A stretch of DNA of 30,258 nt, taken from the IMG/VR virus record IMGVR_UViG_3300031999_000146, positions 1 through 30,258 of that record; one strand, written 5' to 3'. This DNA is from a virus (lineage: Duplodnaviria > Caudoviricetes). The notes below the pieces were generated by a model. That model ran no database searches. It saw only the letters and a list, made by a program, of their open reading frames with translations, and was not told the DNA's origin. Below, in pieces: positions 25,430 to 30,258 of this stretch; the stretch's first letter is position 1, and each line of letters begins with the position of its first letter. The translations under genes were made by a program, and so were the position numbers.

Positions 25430-26926
25430 TTATACGTTATCAAGGATAGTTGCTTTACAAGAGTACCCTGTAATTTCTCCACCCCCTGTACTTGAGAACT
25501 GAAACTTATATTCTTTACCTGAAGCAAAGTTTGCATCTGTTGATTCAATACCTAAGAATGTTCGTGAGAGTTCACCTGCTGTTGAAAATGTCCCAATAGT
25601 AGTCCATGAAGTTGCATCATCTACTTTGTATTTAGCTGTGAATGTTTCGCCTGATGCTAGTTTTCTAAATGAAAGTCTTACTGCTTCTAAGCGTTTGTCT
25701 TTCTCTACATCTCCAAAGTTAATAATTTGTGTTTCGTATATAGATGTAAATGTGTATGTTGCTGCATCGTTTGTCTTATCAAGAGAACCATCTCCTGAGT
25801 GAGCGATAAAGAAGTAGTTTGCTGCTGTACCAAAAGATTGAATACCTGAAGTGTTGATGTTCTCGTCAATAATATCGAGAGTAAGTGTGTACGGATAGCT
25901 AGCGTTCTTTCTACCAAAAGACCAAATACCCTCATCGTATTCTGTACCTGCACTGTTAGTCATAATCTTTGCTGCAAAAAATACTCTGTTGTTTTTTACT
26001 GCCTTTGAGATTGGCATAGTTTTACCTACAAGAGCTTGTGTAAATACTTCTTTAACTACTTGTGGTACTCCTCCTTGGTACACTTGAATAATCATAGAAC
26101 CTTTACCTGCTCCTGCTGCGTTATTTAAATATCGGTCTGTCACACCTACTAACATTCCTTCGATAGTTTCAAGCACTCGAAGTTCACCTTCTCCCCAGTC
26201 AATCGCTTCTTGAACATCTGTTGAAGTTAAGTTCCATAGGAATACCTTTGATGCTCCGTTGAATGTAGAGATAGGAGCACAAGCAACTGCGAGATACTTA
26301 CCATAGTTAGCAATAGAAGTAATTTTAAAGTTAGTTGGGAGTGTCAAAACAGCGTCATTTACAGTTCCTCCTGATGTCACTCGTGCGATTTTATTGTTAT
26401 ATGGAAGATAGAGGTTGTCATCTGCTGCGATAACACCATTAGCTACTGATGTGATAGTACCTACAGTACCTGCTGTGTTTGAGATTGCAGGTGTACCTGA
26501 TAGAAGACCCCATTTGAATACTTGTGTAGTTCCTTGAAATCCCCATAGATAGTCCTTGTATTCTACTAAACAACCATATTGAACAGCTCCGTTACCTTCT
26601 GAAGTAGCAGGTGTAGTCCAAAGTCCTGTTGTAGCATCTGCTTTTTGTAGAATCTTTGTAAGTCCTCCTGCTGTCTTACCAAGTCCATAGAGTTTAGCTG
26701 AAGCTGAAGCGTATACAACATCTCGTACATAGTATTGTTTTAGGTCTGTAGAAGATATAGATGTTGCGTGGTCTGCTTCTAGTGAACGATAAGGTACAAG
26801 TCTGTTAGGTTGTGAAAATATATCAAAATGCTTTGTGATTATAAATTCACTGCCTGATTCCTTTCGAGGGTCATCTGATATACCACCTGAGAAGTTATTT
26901 ATTTTTAATTCTACTGTCTTGGACAT
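25430..26926 (-). CDS. Tail nozzle/stabilisation protein (P22 gp10-like beta-propeller)
   Basis: NNFSGG N-terminus, all-beta repeats, synteny. Confidence 0.65.
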   Translation of the reverse strand: MSKTVELKINNFSGGISDDPRKESGSEFIITKHFDIFSQPNRLVPYRSLEADHATSISSTDLKQYYVRDVVYASASAKLYGLGKTAGGLTKILQKADATTGLWTTPATSEGNGAVQYGCLVEYKDYLWGFQGTTQVFKWGLLSGTPAISNTAGTVGTITSVANGVIAADDNLYLPYNNKIARVTSGGTVNDAVLTLPTNFKITSIANYGKYLAVACAPISTFNGASKVFLWNLTSTDVQEAIDWGEGELRVLETIEGMLVGVTDRYLNNAAGAGKGSMIIQVYQGGVPQVVKEVFTQALVGKTMPISKAVKNNRVFFAAKIMTNSAGTEYDEGIWSFGRKNASYPYTLTLDIIDENINTSGIQSFGTAANYFFIAHSGDGSLDKTNDAATYTFTSIYETQIINFGDVEKDKRLEAVRLSFRKLASGETFTAKYKVDDATSWTTIGTFSTAGELSRTFLGIESTDANFASGKEYKFQFSSTGGGEITGYSCKATILDNV

Positions 26927-26927
26927 A

Positions 26928-28040
26928 TTATGAATAAGATATTACTCTTGCAAAACCATTACCCCCAGTTCCACCAGCACCTGATACTTGGTCACCTCCT
27001 GCTGCACCTCCCCCACCACCTCCTGCAGCACGACCTCCAGCACGACCAGTACCTCCAGCAACGCCTGAACCAAATGCACTAGAACCACCACCTCCACCAC
27101 CAGTACCACCTATCATTTCTGTAGTATTAGAAGGTGTATTTCCTGCTGTCGCTGTATTTGCATTTCCTGCTCCTCCAGTTCCTCCAGCTAAACTGTACGG
27201 TGTTAACGCTCCTCCAGCTCCTCCAGCTTGTGCTACCCCTGTTGTTCCTCCACCACCTCCACCACCTGTGGGCATAATGTAGAAAGCACCACCAACAAGA
27301 CCATCTTCTGAGTTAATCCCTGCCCTTCCTCCAGCAACACCATTTATTATAAATCCAGTAGATACTGTTCCACCTGCTCCACCTCCACCGATTTGTCCAC
27401 CTGCTCCACCATTTCCTCCAATAGCACTAAGCCAAGTACCAAATGATGTTGTTCCTCCAGTAGAACCAGCTAACCCATCGGCTGCAGTACGTGTTGCACC
27501 ACCAGCACCACCAGTTCCAATAGTAACTGTTTCTGTACTAGCAAGATTTGATGCTAAATATATATATTTGCTGTATGTTCCTGCTCCACCACCACCTCCT
27601 CCAGCGGCATCATTTACAGATGACACACTTCTTCCTGAACCACCTCCCCCACCACCTCCAAATAATTCAACAACTACAAACTTAGCTCCATTTGGTTTTG
27701 TCCAAGTTCCGTTTGCTGAAAAAGTTTGAGTATTTGAACCTGTAAAACTATCATCTAAAACTCCACTTGCGTTCAACTTGATTCCTTTTCCGCTATCTGC
27801 CGCACCTGCACTTGTTGTTACATAAGAAGGTGGAAAGTCTGGTGAACCTCCCGCATCTATATAAGCCTTAACTGCCTTTTGAGAAGGGATTTTAGCGTCA
27901 CTGTTGGCTGCAAGTGTTGTGTCTGTATCTATTACAGAAGTTTCTATCTTAGATGAATTAAGATTAGCAAAGTTAGTATTCAAGTCTGCTCTTGAAGATG
28001 TGATTGTATCTGTTGATTGTATTGTTTGTATTGTTGCCAT
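26928..28040 (-). CDS. Glycine-rich fibre protein B
   Basis: GTWTKP.GAK.V.VEL.GGGGGG...GG.G.A.V.S glycine-rich domain. Confidence 0.75.
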   Translation of the reverse strand: MATIQTIQSTDTITSSRADLNTNFANLNSSKIETSVIDTDTTLAANSDAKIPSQKAVKAYIDAGGSPDFPPSYVTTSAGAADSGKGIKLNASGVLDDSFTGSNTQTFSANGTWTKPNGAKFVVVELFGGGGGGGSGRSVSSVNDAAGGGGGGAGTYSKYIYLASNLASTETVTIGTGGAGGATRTAADGLAGSTGGTTSFGTWLSAIGGNGGAGGQIGGGGAGGTVSTGFIINGVAGGRAGINSEDGLVGGAFYIMPTGGGGGGGTTGVAQAGGAGGALTPYSLAGGTGGAGNANTATAGNTPSNTTEMIGGTGGGGGGSSAFGSGVAGGTGRAGGRAAGGGGGGAAGGDQVSGAGGTGGNGFARVISYS

Positions 28041-28041
28041 A

Positions 28042-28302
28042 TTATGCTGGTTTACTTGTATTGGTAATGGTTGAACTTACTTTTGTTCCGTTTGTAAACA
28101 AAGAAACACATTCTGACCATGTTCTCGTTTCACTAGCCCAAGTAGTTGGGATAGTGTCCCAAGTTTCTGCTTCTCCTACCTTAGCCCTGTTCAACAAGGT
28201 TGCATTGAGTTGATTCCATGTAGCGTAATCATTATCAATCCATGGGATTTGCCATGAAGCCCATTGAAGTGTTGTTGGTTTTGTTGTGTTTATTATTGCC
28301 AT
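28042..28302 (-). CDS. Small Trp/Thr-rich virion protein
   Basis: Repeated W at 7-residue spacing; between the fibre paralogs. Confidence 0.6.
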   Translation of the reverse strand: MAIINTTKPTTLQWASWQIPWIDNDYATWNQLNATLLNRAKVGEAETWDTIPTTWASETRTWSECVSLFTNGTKVSSTITNTSKPA

Positions 28303-28303
28303 G

Positions 28304-29371
28304 TTAGTTATAATATTCAATTACAATACATCTTCCATTTGCTCCTGCTCCTGAGGTAGATGGAGCGTCTTTTGAACCACCACCTCCACCTGCAGGTACT
28401 GACCCTGCAATAGCTGTAGTTGCGTGTGCTGCTCCTCCTGCACCACCAAGTCTTGAAGTACCACCAGCACTTTGAGTTGTACCTGTTCCTCCTCCACCTC
28501 CACCCCCAAAAACAGAATTACCACCAGCAGCAGATGTTCCTACCCCATCTGTAATAGAACCAGCTCCTCCTGCACCACCATAGTAAGAATCACCACCAGC
28601 ACCAGCAACTGTTGCACTTGAAGCACCACCTCCCCCCCCACCAAATAAGGAAGTACCACCACTTGTTACTCCTCCAATAGGAGAACCACCAGTACCACCA
28701 GTAACTGTTCTATTTTGTCCAGCCGATACTGAACCTCCACCTCCCCCTCCACCCATAGAATCATTATAATGACCACCAGCACCCCCTCCAAAAGAAAGAA
28801 CTAATGCACCAAAAGATGAATTTCCACCTGCATTTCCTCCTGTACCACTTCCTGTGGTACTAGCACCCCCTGCTCCAATAGTAACTGTTTCTGTAGTACC
28901 TAATTGAGAAGGTGTTAAAAAAATTTCACTATATGCTCCTCCACCTCCACCTGAACCATATCCTGCACCACCTGAACCTCCTCCTCCCCATAGTTTTACA
29001 AATAAACCTGTCAAACCTGTTGGTTTAGTCCAAGTAGCAGGAGAATCTGAAAAGTTATATGTTCGTGTTACTGGGTCTTTTATAAAACTTCCATCAAGTT
29101 CACCACTTGCATTTAACTTAACTCCTTTACCACTATCCCCAGCTCCTGCTGAAGTTGTAACAAATCCTGCTGCAATTCCTGTTGAATCTGCATAAGCCTT
29201 AGTTGCCTTTTGTGTAGCTACTTTAGTATCTGAGTTTGCTGCAAGAGTTACATCAGTGTCCAATGCAGTAGTTTCAACCTTATCTGTATTAAGGTTTGAG
29301 AAGTTTGTATTGATTACACCTCTTGAATCTGATGGATAATCTGTTGATTGTATTGTTGTGATTGTAGACAT
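28304..29371 (-). CDS. Glycine-rich fibre protein A (paralog of B)
   Basis: Same architecture and a conserved ~100-aa N-terminus. Confidence 0.75.
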   Translation of the reverse strand: MSTITTIQSTDYPSDSRGVINTNFSNLNTDKVETTALDTDVTLAANSDTKVATQKATKAYADSTGIAAGFVTTSAGAGDSGKGVKLNASGELDGSFIKDPVTRTYNFSDSPATWTKPTGLTGLFVKLWGGGGSGGAGYGSGGGGGAYSEIFLTPSQLGTTETVTIGAGGASTTGSGTGGNAGGNSSFGALVLSFGGGAGGHYNDSMGGGGGGGSVSAGQNRTVTGGTGGSPIGGVTSGGTSLFGGGGGGASSATVAGAGGDSYYGGAGGAGSITDGVGTSAAGGNSVFGGGGGGGTGTTQSAGGTSRLGGAGGAAHATTAIAGSVPAGGGGGSKDAPSTSGAGANGRCIVIEYYN

Positions 29372-29372
29372 A

Positions 29373-30092
29373 TTATCTAAAGTTAATTCCTATTGGTCGT
29401 AATATTCTTTTTTCGTCATTGTTTCTATCTTCAAAGTACTCAATCAATTTTCTTTCCTCTTTCTCTAACTCAACTGATAAAGGTTGAGTGTTTGAAAGTC
29501 CAAGTGTGATTGCTCCGTCATAGGCTGCAGCAATAATAAATCCTCTATCAAGTAATTGAGAGAATCCTGTTGTCTTTGTAGTATCTGTTGCTGCAAAAGA
29601 CGGAGAAGCTCTTTGAAAGAAGAATCTAAGTCCTGAAGCAACTGTTGCATCTGGTTTAGCGTCTAGTCTTATGATGTTGTCTGCAATCTTGTCGTATGAA
29701 GTAATAACACCTCTTGCTGTACCAAAGTATGCTGAATCAATACTAGGGTCGTTTCTATCTATTTGAGTTAGTGGTACATAAGAGCCATTTCTGAGGACTG
29801 AGATACCTGTAAGAGTGATGATTTGGTTTCCGTCTTCATCTGAAAGGAAAGAATAGTCAGTTTGGTCTTGATTTAAATTTGTAGTTCCTTCTGGGAGCTT
29901 TGTTTGGTTTGTGTTGTCCCATTGGAAGCGTTTGTCTGCTCCTATAGCGTATGCTGTAAGTCTATCAAGCCAGTTGTTACATGAGTTCACTATCTTTGCT
30001 GTTGTCCATTGTGTTGAATCTACACGCATGAATGAGCGTACTTGTTGTACGATTCCGAGGTTTGTTACTGTATCTGAAAATGGTGTTGACAT
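29373..30092 (-). CDS. Head-tail adaptor protein
   Basis: Position after capsid genes; start at MSTPFSD (30092), confirmed by the other allele. Confidence 0.65.
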   Translation of the reverse strand: MSTPFSDTVTNLGIVQQVRSFMRVDSTQWTTAKIVNSCNNWLDRLTAYAIGADKRFQWDNTNQTKLPEGTTNLNQDQTDYSFLSDEDGNQIITLTGISVLRNGSYVPLTQIDRNDPSIDSAYFGTARGVITSYDKIADNIIRLDAKPDATVASGLRFFFQRASPSFAATDTTKTTGFSQLLDRGFIIAAAYDGAITLGLSNTQPLSVELEKEERKLIEYFEDRNNDEKRILRPIGINFR

Positions 30093-30131
30093 AATATATA
30101 AAATTGTTAATAAGCGTACTCTCCTAAATGT
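30087..30131. other. Empty (endonuclease-free) allele corresponding to 100-600
   Basis: 45 bp between the same two flanks that enclose 501 bp at the left end. Confidence 0.92.
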
Positions 30132-30258
30132 TTCACGACTATTGTTGGGTCTATCCACGTCTTGTACCCTGCATCTCTCGCCACGTTACTAAACCAAGCG
30201 TCCTCTCCCATCGCAAGTGCTCCTTGTGAATCTCTACCGAAGTTGAACCAAGGGTTCT
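30107..30258 (-). CDS. 3' end of glycosyltransferase, empty-allele version ending KHLGEYAY*
   Basis: Same frame and sequence as 601-727, different last codons. Confidence 0.88.
   Translation of the reverse strand, partial: NPWFNFGRDSQGALAMGEDAWFSNVARDAGYKTWIDPTIVVKHLGEYAY

Noticed and set aside
26928-29371. Diversity-generating retroelement TR/VR pair
   Set aside because: No reverse transcriptase; differences between the paralogs are not adenine-specific
30093-30158. N-terminal extension of the 261-aa ORF
   Set aside because: Overlaps the glycosyltransferase end and is absent in the other allele; true start is 30092
29988-30258. Biological terminal direct repeats or att sites
   Set aside because: The 99 and 127 bp lengths match common assembler k-mer sizes and the repeats bracket two alleles; best explained as a circular graph with a bubble. 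No integrase seen
1-30258. Stop-codon reassignment (code 25/15)
   Set aside because: Genes are intact and densely packed in code 11; TGA and TAG both end genes

Overview
The window is essentially one complete, circularly permuted ~29.5-30 kb tailed-phage genome with a podovirus-like gene set. Nearly all genes lie on the minus strand. Modules are: early/recombination (ERF, SSB-like, NinB-like, resolvase), a reduced GroEL/GroES pair flanking TerS/TerL, portal, scaffold, major capsid, a glycosyltransferase, adaptor, two Gly-rich fibre paralogs, nozzle, ejection proteins, a collagen-containing fibre, a sulfotransferase and a lysis cassette. I could not recognise an integrase, polymerase, helicase or tRNA. 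AT-rich Shine-Dalgarno-free starts and many leaderless promoters suggest a Patescibacteria (CPR)-type host, which is an inference. The main signal is a set of four free-standing endonuclease cassettes, each with its own promoter. One is captured with both occupied and empty alleles at the contig ends and recodes the flanking gene ends. Two cut off the 5' end of their target gene, leave an orphan N-terminal stub and supply a diverged replacement N-terminus; these two also carry a copy of apparent target-site sequence inside their own promoter spacer. A second signal is a strand-specific RNA hairpin whose loop is antisense to the leaders of two early operons.
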